DNA of 54,050 bases, filler included, from Ionaspis alba (taxonomy: Eukaryota): the NCBI GenBank assembly GCA_964255285.1. It is 2 parts of 2 records of this genome, joined end to end, with 100 filler letters (N's around TTAATTAATTAA, not from the genome) between each part and the next. Parts side by side here need not be neighbours in the genome. Positions count along the whole stretch, not along the records: positions 27,126 to 54,050 come from CAXUUL010000141.1; 1 more part is not named here. The stretch is one strand, 5' to 3'. Below the pieces are notes generated by a model that was given only the letters and a program-made list of their open reading frames with translations, ran no database searches and was not told the origin of the DNA. Made by a program: the position numbers and the translations under genes. Numbering within the stretch: the first letter of the stretch is position 1; each line of letters starts with the position of its first letter. Positions 38,701 to 52,529 of this stretch are shown piece by piece.

Positions 38701-40740
38701 CCAGTCGCGTCGACCTTCGAACCACTCTTTGACGATTTCGACGTATGATGTTTGCTCGCCTGAGCCATCACCTGATGTGCGCAACGCGGGTGAGTCCTTC
38801 GCCACAGCCTTCTGAGCGATTTGCCAATAGTCCTTATATAGTTCATCTTTGAGACGAGCGTTTATCCAGAAGACACCACCCTTGAATTTTGCCCGATTTC
38901 TGTACACATACTCTCGACTTAAGTGCGACTTCCCGCTACCAGCTTGGCCGTGAATCAGCGTGCACGCGGTGCCAACTTTTCGTCTCTTGTCAAACAGTTT
39001 GCGATCTAATAGCTGCAGTTCCTTTTCCATGCCCACGAAGAAAGTGTTTGGGCGAAATCCAGCTGGAACAATGAAGAATGGCTCGGGTGGCTTTTGGGCG
39101 AAGTCACGGACATCGATGGTAGACTTTTGAGATGGAATTTGCAATAGATTCGTGGAGTCACGAAGATCGTGAATTGAACTACCTAAGAAAACGACAGAAA
39201 TCAGCCACTAAGCGCATAGCGACGAGACACCGAAAACTCTGCGAACAAGGATATACATGATTCCTCTAAGGACCAGAGAAAGCACCATGGCAATACATAT
39301 GCATAGAAATAACCGACATGCACACCGAGACAAAGGAGTCCCGTTGCAAAATTTATTGTCCATACGACCTCGGGACCATCTCAACTTCTTTCATCTTGTT
39401 GGGGTCTTCGAATTCCTCAACTTCCCACTCGATTTGAGACGGAGGCCTCCTCGGATCCGCTGTAGGCAAAGCCATTTGTGTCTTACCGGGAGTTTTCTCG
39501 AACGAGCTTGCCGTGTCCGAAGGTGGAGTCTGAATTATGCTACCTAGGAACGTCAGTTGGGTTTGGGCTGAGTACGATGCATGACAGATATAGCGTACCG
39601 GTAGGGCCAACGAGTTCCTCCGCCTGATGCAATCTCTGCGCTTTTCGATCTGCTTTCTCTGAATTCCACCGAGTCTGCATCATTTCCGGCGCAGCGGCCG
39701 AATACCGCGCGATTGCATCTACGACGACATCGAAGCCAGGAGAACTTTCGCTCTCGAATTTGCACATGTGCGAATGATCAGCCTGGATGCCTGCTCGCTC
39801 TACATCGTACATGGTAGGTGCGGCAGATTCTTCCTCGACGACCTGTCCACCGATTAGCCGGTCGCAACCCAAACCCAACGACGCGGACTTACAAATCGCA
39901 TTGTTCCTTTCAGGTCTGTAGGTTTCGCTTCATGGAAGAAGAAGATGTGGAATTTTGTCATGATCTCAGCAAACTCGCGATGGATCACCTGCAAGGTTTC
40001 ACTATTACTTTTCAAAGCCTCTAGAAGCTGCGACTGTGTGTCGAGGAGCTTCTTTGGTACCACGGCGCTGAACAGATGTTCGAGGTACGTGCCCCACTGT
40101 CCAAGGTCCGATCCCATGTGAGGCGTCCCCATAAACAGTATTCCGTATGTTGAGACGAAGATGGATCGCAGGTGCTCGGTGTTGGAACCTCTGATTGCAG
40201 CGGACGTGATCAAAGCCCTCTTGATTATTAGGCCTCCGAGTGAGTGGCCAACGAACACGATTGGTCTCTCGGTAGCTTTTCGGATCTGTACATTCCATAG
40301 ATTAGCACCTCATGATACACCCTTCCCTAGGCACTTGCAGGTTGAATTTAGGAACAGCATACCCTTCTATTTGCGAACAGCTCTGCAACAAGTTTTTCAG
40401 CATGGTTGTGAATCTTGTCCTTGGTTACCCCGTCATTCTTTCTAAACGAGGTAACGTCCGCGTCGTAACCCCAAACCAAGACCCGCACTTTCTCCTCTTC
40501 AATGAACTGTGGAAGTAGTTGAGCTGGCCAGAACACATTGCTCTTCTCGCTGGTCCAGGTGTTGTGGGGGTTTCCGTTCAACCCGTGGACAAAAACGAGG
40601 TCAACGAGGACAGAGCTAGGAGGTTCAGGACGATAGACTTCGGTGAAGCCATAGCGTGTGACAGTGGGAGTCGGGGACGAGGAAGCCTGATACTGTCAGC
40701 TAACGGGACCACTCCACAACTTGGAGTCGGCACATACCAT
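35764..40740 (-). CDS. Alpha/beta-hydrolase (LipA/SesB-like) plus NB-ARC NLR-like protein (1479 aa, 6 exons)
   Basis: Exons 40740-40738 (ATG only), 40686-40363, 40285-39893, 39842-39599, 39543-39487, 39182-35764. VDLVFVHGLNG, GHSLGG nucleophile, GTPHMGS, ADHSHMCKF. Walker A GQAGSGKS, Walker B WLLVFDGV, CLPMAI, KMHSVVQ. Ser/Pro-rich disordered tail. Confidence 0.88.
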
Positions 40741-40790
40741 CACCACTCCGGGTACCGTCCTCGAGTATCCTGCGCCAGGCCAACTGCCAT
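40740..40790 (-). promoter_or_regulatory. 16-codon uORF whose stop overlaps the main start (TGATG)
   Basis: ATG at 40790 reads MAVGLAQDTRGRYPEW*; the TGA (40742-40740) shares its A with the predicted ATG at 40740-40738. Confidence 0.45.
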
Positions 40791-43700
40791 GTATCGGGAG
40801 AGTTGCCTTCTGCGACAGTAGGGCCGTATGAAAGAGGCAGGCTATATCCTATAAGATGGTGGAGTTACAAAACTCGAAATACAAAATGTTGCAAGCGCCG
40901 CTTCGAAAAGAAAATAGATAGCAAGGCAGGATACTGGGAAGGAATGCGCTTTATACAGGAAAGAGAAGGAATGGGAAAGGCATCTGCAGGACGAGGAGTG
41001 CAGAGCTTCCGCAAAGCATGACGAGGAGACTTCTTTGTAGGAAAAGTTCAGCTGATCGAAGGAGGGCAAGATGGTGCCGTGTGGTATGCATTCGACAGCC
41101 AATGCCATTGCAGCCGGGGGGGGGGTTTTCCTCGAAGGCGCGGGCAGGTGTGCTACAGTACTGCTCCACAGCCTTGCAACCCCGGATGTCTGGCGCCTTT
41201 GCGGCACGAGGCTGTGGTTGCCAAAAATACACATGCCCTGTTCATTATTCCCATATTCAGCCACGAAGGAAAGGAGGCTAGTCTCGATTGGGACCGAGCT
41301 AATACAGTCTAGGCTAGTCATCACCCCCAAGAGGATTAGATAGTACTGTGTAACGAAACAAACCAGAGGCATCCTTTGATGAGGCTCATGATTACATGCA
41401 GCTGACAGCCAAATGACTCCCCTGCAGCAACATCTATATCTCAGTCGGTCGCACAGCATGAGAAGTTCAACAACTTTTAACACTTACCTGCAGTCTACCC
41501 CAAGTCACTTGGGCGGGCCGTACCGCGCATGCATCCGGTCCTAGTATTTGAATATCAAGCATGCATCATCATCACCATCATCTTTCATTGCGAACAACAA
41601 ACACTTTTCTTTCACCTCTTTGCTGGGACTGGTCATCACACTTGGTCGCCTACGCTGTTTCAGGCAGACCAACGCCCTGGAAGCTTCTTTGCCATCGTAT
41701 TCGAAGCCACTCCGTCCTTCTCCATGAGTCATTTGTATGACAACTGCTGCGTCGAGTTTGCAATCGCCGAGCCTCGTGCTGCACTATTGCCTGTTTGGTA
41801 GTCTTGGGCGATCTAGGCTACGTTTGCTCATTTCTTGCCTTGAGAATCTATTTGTTTGTTTTTGTGCCAGACATCTCACGTCGATTCAAAATACACGACG
41901 TGACGACTCATCTCGGGAGTTTGCAGGAACGCCCACCGCTAACGCGCAGATTGGGAAGAGAAGTTCTATGCCTATGACAATTCATTGCCGAGCGCTAGTT
42001 CTCCTGGCTACACAGAGATTTTTGACGTCAGATAGGCTTCATAGCTACATCGATCGCTTTCGGTGTCTCCTTAGTGCCTCGAAGAGATTGTTGTTGGTCA
42101 CGAAGCTAGAATTTCGCCAACCTCAAAGTCTTGAGCGCGTCATTAGGTGTGGGTCACTTTGAGAGCGCAGCACAGCTAATCCAATGTGCATATATACGGA
42201 CATCAGCTTCTTACTTTCAGAAGTGTACACGCCCAAGGCGGCCCTAGAGTATCGAATCTCTTCCAGGTTTAGTAGCTTGTTTGCCACTGCGAAACATAGG
42301 AATCGTTGCGCCCTCTGATGGAACACCAGATTGCGCCCATCTGTTATCTCTTAGAACGAGACTTGAAGTGGCTTGGGCATAAAAGCTATCACGGGCATAG
42401 CATTCTGCGTCAGGCTTCCTTTGAAGCTTCAGCACGCTAAGCTCCAACCACTATTGGTCTTGTCTGGGTTGGAAATGGCAGCCTGGCGTTTGCATCATCA
42501 GAATCTATTTGTCTACGTAGTTATGGTGCCTGGTGGATATACACTCGCCTGCAAGGCACTCTATAGCATAGGTGGTTTACATAGCTAATTGAAGCCAACT
42601 GTCAAAGGACTTTGGTCTTGTGGGGGTCACAATCGCATGTCTCGCCCCGTGAAATTGATTTGCCTGGTAAACTATGCGTAGGGCGTACCACGGTGCCCAC
42701 CTCATTCTTTCCAGGAGTCAAATATGATAAGAAATATTGAGACAGGTTCTGGAACCCTCTCTGGCCTCATTCTACTATATCGAAAGTCCCCGGGAGCTAT
42801 GGAGTTCAGAGACAAAGCTTGGCTCGCAAGCAGGATTACTCTTCCTTGTATGGATAGGTTAGCTCGAAAAATTAGATACTGATCAAGATGATATGGACAT
42901 GCCATCACACTTTGAAGCCCCATGCACGACTAGATTGATCTTGTTGGTCTGATAATGAGCACCCCGTCTTCAGCCTCTTATTGAGAGAACAACAACAAGA
43001 ATCGTTGGACAGGATGCAATTACAGCAGCCGAGAGGTATGGGGACGAAGTTGATCTGCCACGGAGACCACCGTTGATCCTCCAACATGGAAAACGGAAGC
43101 TGGACACCCATAGCGGAGACGAAACTTGGACCATACATCAACGTCGTTGCAGTTGCCGTTGACTGCATCGGGTTTGTCATATAGAAGACGATTGACAAAA
43201 GCCGGTCGAATCGCAAAGCAGCCTCGCCCTCCCTGAACATTCGAAGGATGGACACTACAAGTAGAGGCAGAAGGTCGTATGGCTGCCCTGGATCCAGGGG
43301 GATTTTACCCTTGTTCCATGCACAGTCGAGGGGTAATAAATAGATGAATAATGTGCGGTTCTCTGTTCTCTTTGGGTGCGATGGAGATTACTCGCAGGAT
43401 GACAAGGTAACTGCCCTCAGGAAATATGTTTCGACACTTCTTCATGCTACGAGCATGAATGAAGATAAGTAGAAGCAGTGCCATGTCAAGGGAAGCCATT
43501 CAGTTGCTCTGGTCAGGATGCAAGCCAACGACTTGGATGACTACCGCCAACATCGCACTGCAGCTCCAGGAGGTGTCACTGTGGCCAAACTCATGCCGAC
43601 CCCTTTCTTCCCGCTGTTTCATGCCCAAGCAGTGTGTCAGCCCAGACCTCGAATGGAAGCACGAAGCCTGGTGGAAGAGCAGTACATCCCCAAAGCGATA

Positions 43701-44245
43701 GATGATTGTGCTCCCAAGACTGTAGTAGTACTGCGGACAAAACTACGGACAGACTCGTTGATCTAACGGCTTCAATAATCTCCTGGCGGATGTTTAATCT
43801 CTGCAATATTATTATTATTTCGTAGATGTGGCTGCTCCTGGTTCTACCATCTCCCAAAGCCTGGTCGGAGGAACTAAGATTAGTCTCTCACGTCTTCCTA
43901 CCCAATAATGCCCGTGATCCTGCGAACAAATCCGCCAGCCCCCTGAACTCCAGCATCCATTGAAGACCCGTGCTTCCATCCTCTTTCGTCCTCGCACACC
44001 GCCGCGTCAGTTCTTAGCATCTGCAAAACCAACAACCTGCCGGTCGGGTCTTTGGTTGCACTGGGAACGTGCAGCGCCGCAACAATGCCTTTATGCCAGT
44101 TGCACCATTATTGACTGACGCCCAAAGCGGGCTCACGTCCCCCCCGCCTCCCTCAAGCCCATTATTGCTCGACCCAGCATACCGTTGACGATCGTCCCAA
44201 AGGAGCCAACTAATACTCGATGAGCCAGTCTTTCGAGCCGCCAAC

Positions 44246-47200
44246 ATGGTCTGGGACGAGAATCTGACATCTGCCCACCCTCAACGCACGACTCCCAGAA
44301 CCTCCTTCGAGAACGACGACCGGTCCCCACACGCGTTACACCCGAAACACCCGCCTCATACACCTCCATCCCGAGGCACTCGTGCCGCCGGAGGCAAGGG
44401 CGCCGCGAGGACCAGAAATCGTCCAGCGCTGCGTGAGACTTTCTCGGGCGATAATGCAAGGGCTGATGCAAATCAGCGCGGCCGGAATAGGAGTGACTCG
44501 CATGATCTATCTTGGTCACCGAAAAACACACGCGATTCCGTCGTCGACAACATGTTGTTGTCATTAGACCAGCTCTTTGTCGGCGATGCCCCACCCGCCA
44601 GCGTCCGCAAGAACGACGGAATTTACTCCGCTTTCAATGAGGAGACCGCATACACTGCCAGTCCACATCAACCATCTCTCCCCCGCGGCCGAGGATATAC
44701 ATTTTCGTCGTCCATGTCTTCCGACTACAGCCTACACGCCCCTGAAGCTACCTCTCCTCAATCAATCAGATCACCACGCGGGCGTCGAAGCAATAGCAGC
44801 TCCAACTTTCAATCTGCGCTTGGAAGAATCGACAGCGTCCGTGCGGAAGACGAGGAGGGCACTAAAAGCTCAAGGGGAAAATTATCCGATGCCCAGCGTG
44901 CTCCCTTATCCGACGACAGAGCGGTGACATCCCGACCGAGTAGAAGGAAGGGCAGTAAGGGCAGTGGCTCCTCCAGTCTGGATTTCGGTCCAATGATGGG
45001 GGGACCACGATGGCAGCGCGCCATCGAGCGACGGTCCTCCAGCTTTGACCATGGACTCAACAGTCGAGCAGTCCTCGTGTCGGAGCCGCACACTGTTATC
45101 CGTGCCCGTATAGAACCAGCTCCCTCCCCCACATTCCCCTACGATAACTATGAGTCTGCCCCTGAGCCTACAATACCTGCGGGTCCACGACGAGACCACT
45201 CCCCTCAACCTGCAGCAACATTTCCCCTCTCATCGATACGCAACGGGACTCAGCCCAACCAGCTTCGACGCAAGAGCAGCAAACGCTCGGCAGCGACATT
45301 GTTCAGTCGGCACGACAAGGCCGTACCCTCCGGTACCACCTCGCAAACCCACAGCCAATATCGTGCGCACACCAGAACCAACTCTCGAGACCTTCCTCCT
45401 ACACCGAGTTTTGGTGGTGCATCTGACCAAGTCTTTCCGGTATCCGACCATAAGCTGTCCGTGGTGTCCTCACACAACTCTTCGACTGCCGGGAAAGAGA
45501 AGGATAAACCGGGCTTTTTCAGAAGGGTCTTTGGATCTGCGAAGAGTCCCATATCGAACGCGGGTGAGTCGCCAGCAAGTTATGTACCACTTGCATCGAC
45601 GCGAAGTAGTACAAGAGCAGACAGTCGTAACGAACAAGTCCCAATTATCACACCGACGGCCAAACTCTCCAGATCCGGCAATCCGATTGTCCCTCCAAAA
45701 GACAATTCCAAGGAGATGCCTCCAGCCACTCTGAACAAGAAGTCCTCGTTCTTTAGACGCCGGAAGAAGTCGGTGTCAGCAGACATGCCGATCCCAGTAC
45801 TCCCGCTGCAATTGCAGTCTCAGATGGGCCAGCGAACTCGTCTACGTACCGGCGAACGCAGTCCTGTGAGCAGCTTGAGAGAAGTAATGAATCCTTACCT
45901 GAGTAGCTCAGTCCCCACACATTACAAACCGGGAAGTAGCGGTCTCAGAGATTTCAATTATCCGGCTGTCAGTCCGGAGAGCCTTGCTGTACCCAACCCA
46001 TCTACGACAAGGTCGGTACCGAAATCACCACGTACCGTTGCTACGACTGCTGTCACAGATCGGAGCCTTGCTCCGTCTCCTGAACGGGAGAGTTTCGATA
46101 TCAGGCCCCCGGATGCCGTTGCACCTCCGCTCCGACCAACTGGACAAGAATCGAAAGTGTCGTCAAATGCTCAGACATTGCATACTCATCCGCAGCGCAA
46201 TGACATTGTTTCCGAGCCCTTGTCAAGCTACAACACCAACCTCAAGCCTAGGATGAGCCCTAACAAAGAAAGCGTCCAAGTTACGCCCAATAAAAATCAC
46301 AACAGATCTCAATCTGCCGACAAAGATTTACCCAAGCTGCCCCTTGAACCGACACCACTACCAACCGTCAACAAGAAGACGCCGGATCCCAGTGGTCTTG
46401 CGAATGCGCCCACCGGGACGACGTCCAAGGAACGGGGTGAAACACCTCCACGTATATCTTCCAAAGAGCTGTCTGATCTACCAAAACGTACAAGCTCGAA
46501 AGAATTGGCACCTCTTCCTGTTCGTACGTCATCCAAGAAATCGGTGGATTTGCCCATCCGTACCTCGTCCAAGGACCAAGTCGAAGCATCAACTCGAACA
46601 ATGGTCAAACAAATGACGGATGCACCGGTACGCACAACCTCAAAAGATTGGATCAGTGTTGGCCCTCCCTTAACACCAAACCAGATCGGCGGCTCATCAC
46701 CAAGACCGTCATCGAATCGATCTACTCGTGTTTGGATCCAGCCTACAAAATCCGAGGAAGAGCTCCAGGAGGCTAAGCTTTCGCTTCCGCGAGAGAGAAT
46801 CACCGAATCTGCGCGGGCTTCTGACTCAAGCATCAGCGAATACAGATCAGCTTCTTCTAACCTACATACGCCGGTGATTGGCGCCGACCCGGAGAGCCCT
46901 AGAATTTGCGCAGAGCCTGAACCTATTGCAGATGTTCCTGAACCAGAAACTGTGGCGGAAGCTCCAGAGCCCGATACTTGCCAACCAACACAAGAGGAAG
47001 CAGTTCGGGCTAAGCGCATATACGACGGCGAAGATGAAATCGTGGACAAGGCGAATTCTGCAGCATGGCTTGGGGATGCTGGAAAGGATCGTGGCGGCGT
47101 GCGGAAAGCATACATGGACTTGTTTGATTGGCAGAATCTCAATTTATTGGTTGCTCTTAGAGACCTCTGTGGCCGTTTACTTCTTAAAGGCGAGACACAG

Positions 47201-49387
47201 CAGATCGACAGGATCTTGGAAGCATTCTCGACGCGGTGGTGCAATTGCAATCCCAATCATGGTTTCAAAGCGGAAGGCGAGTGAATACCCACTCTTGGGG
47301 AAGTACTTCTACTGAATCATATACCTTCTAGACGTCATCCACACCATCTGCTACTCCGTTCTTCTACTCAACACAGACCTTCACATGGCAGATATTGAGA
47401 AGAAGATGACCCGTTCCGAATTCATCAAGAACACCATGCCAACCATTCGCCGTGTGGCGGCTGACGCCGCACCTGGAGCTTTTGACCTGCAATCAGCCAC
47501 CTTGTCGCCCTTAAGAAATGAATTGTCACCTTCGCAGCCATTGTCATCGAACGCCAAGTCAGCCACATTCCCCAGGTCTCGAGATCCAAGTCCTGCATCG
47601 GAACCTCGTCGCCCAATCCACAGACTTTCCATGCGAGTCTCGGATCACGCAGGCAACGATTCCGCCTCAGGCAACCCATTCACGCCTCTGGATTACGAGA
47701 CTCCCGTGGATGATTGCGGACCATTGGTCAAAGCACCGTTCCATGGCAAGATGAGTACATGGGAGGTGCAGGTCGAGATTGTGTTGAAGGACTTTTATAA
47801 TTCCATCCGTCAACAGCGACTACCGCTGTTTGGCAGTGACGAGTCGGAGAAGTCCCCAGAGTCTGCTCAAACATCCAATAGCCTTTCCACTTTCGCCAGC
47901 GGAATGCTTCGCAGAACACCGAGCATGCTCAGTAAAGCTGAGAGTCAATCGACAAGGGGTAGGCTCAACGAAAATCGCCTTGGCGCTGGACGCTGGGCTT
48001 CCAAGACACGGTCGAGACCTCGTATGTATCCGGCAATGATGGTTGCATCGAGTCGATCGAGCTTCGATGATGAGTCTTCTGCAATGAGCCCATCTGCCTC
48101 AAGCACTTGGAGCAAGTACTCGCTTGGAAAAACTCAAACTTCGATGTCTGTGAACTCCTTCGCCTCTAGCTTTTTACAAGGAGACTATCAACAATCAATT
48201 GGGTTCGCAAATGCGCTCAGTCAAGCTATTATACGTGAGGAAGCTGTGGGCGACAATGCCGAGGAGAATTTGCGTGTTGCCCCTCTCATTGAGGACGAGA
48301 GTCTGGAGCTTGCGGGTGCGCCGTGGGCGAAAGAAGGTATCCTGAAGCATAAACATCATCTTGAGGCTGTCGACAAGAAGGCCAAGGATAGGAATTGGAA
48401 TGAATGCTTTGCCGTCGTTGAAAAGGGATGGATGCGGCTCTTCCAGTTCAACATGAACGCCAAGTCGATGCGTCTCAAAGCAAAGCACCAGAAGCTCCCA
48501 GGTGGCGTCGTTGGCGGGGGTAACTGGACCGAGAATGCCGAAGCGCTTGGGACATTCTTGCTCAGACAGACCATCGCAAGTGCATTACCGCCCCCAGGGT
48601 ACTCGAAAACTCGACCACACGTTTGGGCTCTGAGTCTGCCCACTGGAGCGGTGCACTTGTTTAATGTCGGGACTCCAGAGATCGTCAAGGAATTCGTGAC
48701 CACTGCCAACTACTGGAGTGCTAGATTGTCCAAGGAGCCGCTCGTGGGAGGTGTCAGTAACATAGAATATGGCTGGAGTGACATGGTTATCAACATGGCT
48801 CTGCTTTCAATGGAGAACAGACCTCCCTCCACCGGACCTCGGCCAAGTCTACAGAGTTCTATCAGAAGCTCAATTGACCAAGGCGGCACGAGACCGAGAT
48901 TGCCAGGTGACAGAGTAGTCATCAGTGATTGGAATCCACCACAACAAAGCATGATGGCCAGCGCGCTGATGGAGGTCGATCAACTGAAGGCATTGACAGC
49001 TTATGTCAAGAACATCGAGGACGAGCTCCAGAAGCACAACGAGTTGAGGAGTGCAATGCTACTTGCTGTGAGTGTGACTCGTCAGATTCTCGGTTGGTCA
49101 GACTAACCAATAGCCAGTTCACTCCTCGTCACATCAACCATACCCGAGCTATGGCCAATTGGGAACGCAAATCGTCCTACCTCCTTCGGGAAATTGTCAA
49201 GTTTAGAACATACATTGACTGCCTGCAGGCAGCGCAGATGCAGAAGGAGAAGATCTATGCTGAGAGGGCCGCATCTGCCAAGGTGGATGAGCCAATGGAG
49301 ACGACCAGCCAGGCGGAAGAGAAAGAAGCTTCTGCCCCATTAGAAAAGGAAAGCAGCGCGACGGGAGCCGAGTCCAGGAAGATATGA
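44246..49387 (+). CDS. Sec7 plus PH domain Arf guanine-nucleotide exchange factor (Syt1/Sec74-like), 1678 aa
   Basis: Exons 44246-47276, 47332-49067, 49118-49387; first intron is GC-AG. Sec7 motifs LKGETQQIDRILEAF and DVIHTICYSVLLLNTDLH. PH domain WAKEGILKHKH..RNWNECFAV..YWSARLSKEP. C-terminal NWERKSSYLLRE. Confidence 0.9.
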
Positions 49388-50281
49388 TGCCTGAGACTGC
49401 TCCAGCGCTTTTGGATTCGGCGAAGACATGACGATGCTACGCGTTTGTAATTAATGCTTTGTTTCATTGTACTTAATAAGTGTCAACGCCGGCGGTGGTG
49501 AACTGTGCATGCAAAGCATTCGGTGTGGCTATTCAAGAGCGATTGTGCTCTTCTGGGATGGTTTCTCTACTTTTGACTTGCAAGATACCATGTTGCGATG
49601 CATTTGCATTGAGTTTCTAGCGTCTTTATTATTGCTTTTCATGCAGAAATACTCCTTTATGATCTATAACCGTCCTTCTCGGACATACTTGGCGTAAAAT
49701 TCCACAAGAGTCTCTTAGAGACGTCCGATCCTCAGACCATTGAAGCAAAGCATACAAACAATCCTTTGCCGGCCAAGCATATATCTCTGCCAAGTAACGC
49801 TATACTCAAAGGCGTTACGGCCAACCACTCCGGTGCCTGGACAGTAGAAAACCCCCGCACTTCTGAGAACTTCACCATGTTTTCTCATCACTGCCCCCGT
49901 TTCAACCCATCGTGACTGAACATTCTCCCCACCACGAATACCTGAGTCGGTAGAGTGGAGCAAGCCTCTTGCTCCAAACCCTAATCGGAAGAACAAACAA
50001 GGGGAGCTAACGCACCGGTACGTCTTGCTGCACTTCTGGGAGGAAACTGGTCTCTTTGCGCCGGCGAAAACGTCGCCCGACTTTTTCTGGAACTGCAACG
50101 TCACTCCTCTGTCCTTCGAATGTGACTGTGGATATTGGCGCTGACTAAGCAGGGTACAGAAAGAGCAGTCACAAAGTCCTCCCTGATCGTGCCGAGTATC
50201 CAAATTGGCGGCGATTCGTGTCTTAAACCCTTCAGTGCCTCCCGGATTTCATCCGCCAATCGATCCCTCCACGACCCAACT

Positions 50282-51956
50282 ATGCCTGCCCTCCTAGACG
50301 ACCCACTCGCTCGCCCTATCCCTCCACCAGCCATTCCCCTCTCCCCAGACACCAACCTCCCACGGACCATCACCCCTCGACGTGTTACTCTCCGCGACCG
50401 CATCACCCTCGCAACACTCCTACCCTTCTCCTCCCCCTCCCAGGTTCCGCCTTCCTTACTAACCTACCTGTCTGACCAACTCAACCGCGAGATCGAAAAA
50501 GGCGACACCTACCCCATGGTCGAGCCTCTGAGCGTGGAAGCCTTTGGCGCGTACTGGTTTGGTGCGTTCGGCGCCGTTATGGTCCTAGGCGAGGTAGGTG
50601 GTGAGCATGGAGATGTCCAAGGGGAGCTTCATCGATTCGGGCAGCCGACGAGCCAGGGGACGTTGAGGATGGGAATCGGACCGCAGAGTGGTAGGCCGGA
50701 AGCGTGGGGATTGGCGGATGAAGGCGTGGAGTGGGAGAAGGTTTGTCTGGGGAGCTTTTACGTCAAGCCGAATTATCCCGGTAGGTCGAGCCATGTTTGT
50801 AATGGTGGGTTCTTGGTCACGGATGCTGCAAGGAACAAGGGCGTCGGGCGGTTGATGGGAGAGGGCTATCTTGAATGGGCGCCGAGACTCGTAAGTCCGC
50901 CATAGCTGATCCACATTATAAGCTAGAGATTTCGAAGCGCTGACAAAGTTCGATCGAAAGGGATATACCTACTCGATCTTCAATCTGGTCTACGAAACCA
51001 ATACCGCCTCTCTCCGCATCTGGGACGCCCTCGGCTTCAAGCGCATCGGCCGTGTCAAAGGCGCCGGAGCTCTTCGCTCGTATCCCGACACTCTTATCGA
51101 CGCATTGATCTATGGTCGTGACCTGGGCCCAGACGGCGAAGATTTTGTGTCCGAAGAGCGCTTCGACAAAATCCGCTTCTACCTCAAGCACGGCAAATAT
51201 CCAAATGGCGCTGATCGAGCCGAAAAAAGCAGACTCAGAAGTGCTGCAACGCACTACAAGCTGCTACCGGCAGAGAATGTCGAAGGCGAGGGTGGCGAAA
51301 GGCTGATGCTTAAAGACAAGGAAGTGGTAGCTGACCCGCAACGTCAGTATGAGATCGCACGCGTGGTACACGTCAATGGCCATGGTGGGATCAATAAGAC
51401 CACAGCAACGATCGCGGAAAAATTCCACTGGGTGCGCATTAAGGAGACTGTGAGTCTGGTAATCAAGAATTGTGCGGATTGCAAAGATGCTGCAAAAATC
51501 TTTGTCGGTGGAAAAGGAGAGAGCAAGAAGGCGGAGAGAGATGATCCAAACCGTGAGATTGAACGCCTGGTCAGGTTCGACGAGGCTGCTGCAATGGTGG
51601 GCAGCGGTAGTGTTGTGGGTAATGCGAAGGGAGGAAAGAGAGGTGGTAGGAGAAGTCCTGCTGAAGCACCTAGAGGACCTGCGCCCGTGGCAGCTATGAG
51701 TGCGGCATCGTATGGCGACATGCCCTTGGATCCGCTTATCATGCAGGATGTGCAGCATCGGGTTCCTGCATATCAGGATGGAAATTTGCATTCGCATCAG
51801 CCGCATGGGAATGCCAACGGCACCGGCTTGGACCACTATGCTATGGACATGGATATGACGAATGGACAAGATGGCATGGATGTCGATACTGAACAGGGAG
51901 ATATGCAACAGCAACTTCTGGACGCCGATTTCGGTTCTCACGGTAGTGCTGCTTGA
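50282..51956 (+). CDS. SPT10: GNAT acetyltransferase plus H2C2 zinc finger, Spt10-like histone gene activator (534 aa)
   Basis: Exons 50282-50890 and 50961-51956. GDTYPM, CLGSFYVKPNYPGRSSHVCNGGF, RNKGVGRLM, GYTYSIFNLVYETN. H2C2 finger H..GHGGINKT...NCADC. Confidence 0.88.
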
Positions 51957-52529
51957 GAGCGAGTTTTTCTGGTAAGGAAGGGCTATCGAAGGAAAGCTTG
52001 TTTGTTTTCATGCATGGCGGGTGCATAGTTTGCAATAGAGTGCTTAGAATTTTTGTGCTGCCTTCCTTTTGTGCAACAAGTTTCGGATGTCAATGAACTA
52101 AAAAAACTATAAGCCATCTTATGTATGAGCAGCTCGAACGACCGCTCTATCAGTTCATGTTGGACGTATCCAATTAAAGATCAACTTCAGGCAAGACAGT
52201 GAAATTGTCTAGCATAACTTGATTCAGACATGCTTTTGCTCAGCATTGAGACCCTCAAGAGATAGCGAAGAGACGATGAACATTACGGAGTTTATTCTCA
52301 GGGCTGGATAATAGTGCTGTCTTCACTTTTGGACCTCACCCGCCTCGGCATCTTGCATCCAACGCCTTCCACCTTCTTCCAGCATCGACAACATGGGGAT
52401 CATTCCAGTTCTCTGAGCAGCCACTACTGCATGGGATTCAATTGTTAGAGCTCTGCATGGGGGTAAAACCTTCATAACAGTCAATATTCCTGCAGTATAT
52501 TTCACGTCAGCTCATGCGACCGAGCCATA

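Noticed and set aside
40842..44200. Multiple 60-213 aa ORFs in the long divergent intergenic region
   Set aside because: No domain motifs or consistent splice structure; likely promoter/UTR sequence of the two large flanking genes.
51300..51490. Integrase-like H2C2 zinc finger suggesting a retrotransposon
   Set aside because: It is the known in-frame DNA-binding domain of Spt10; no RT, integrase core or LTRs nearby.
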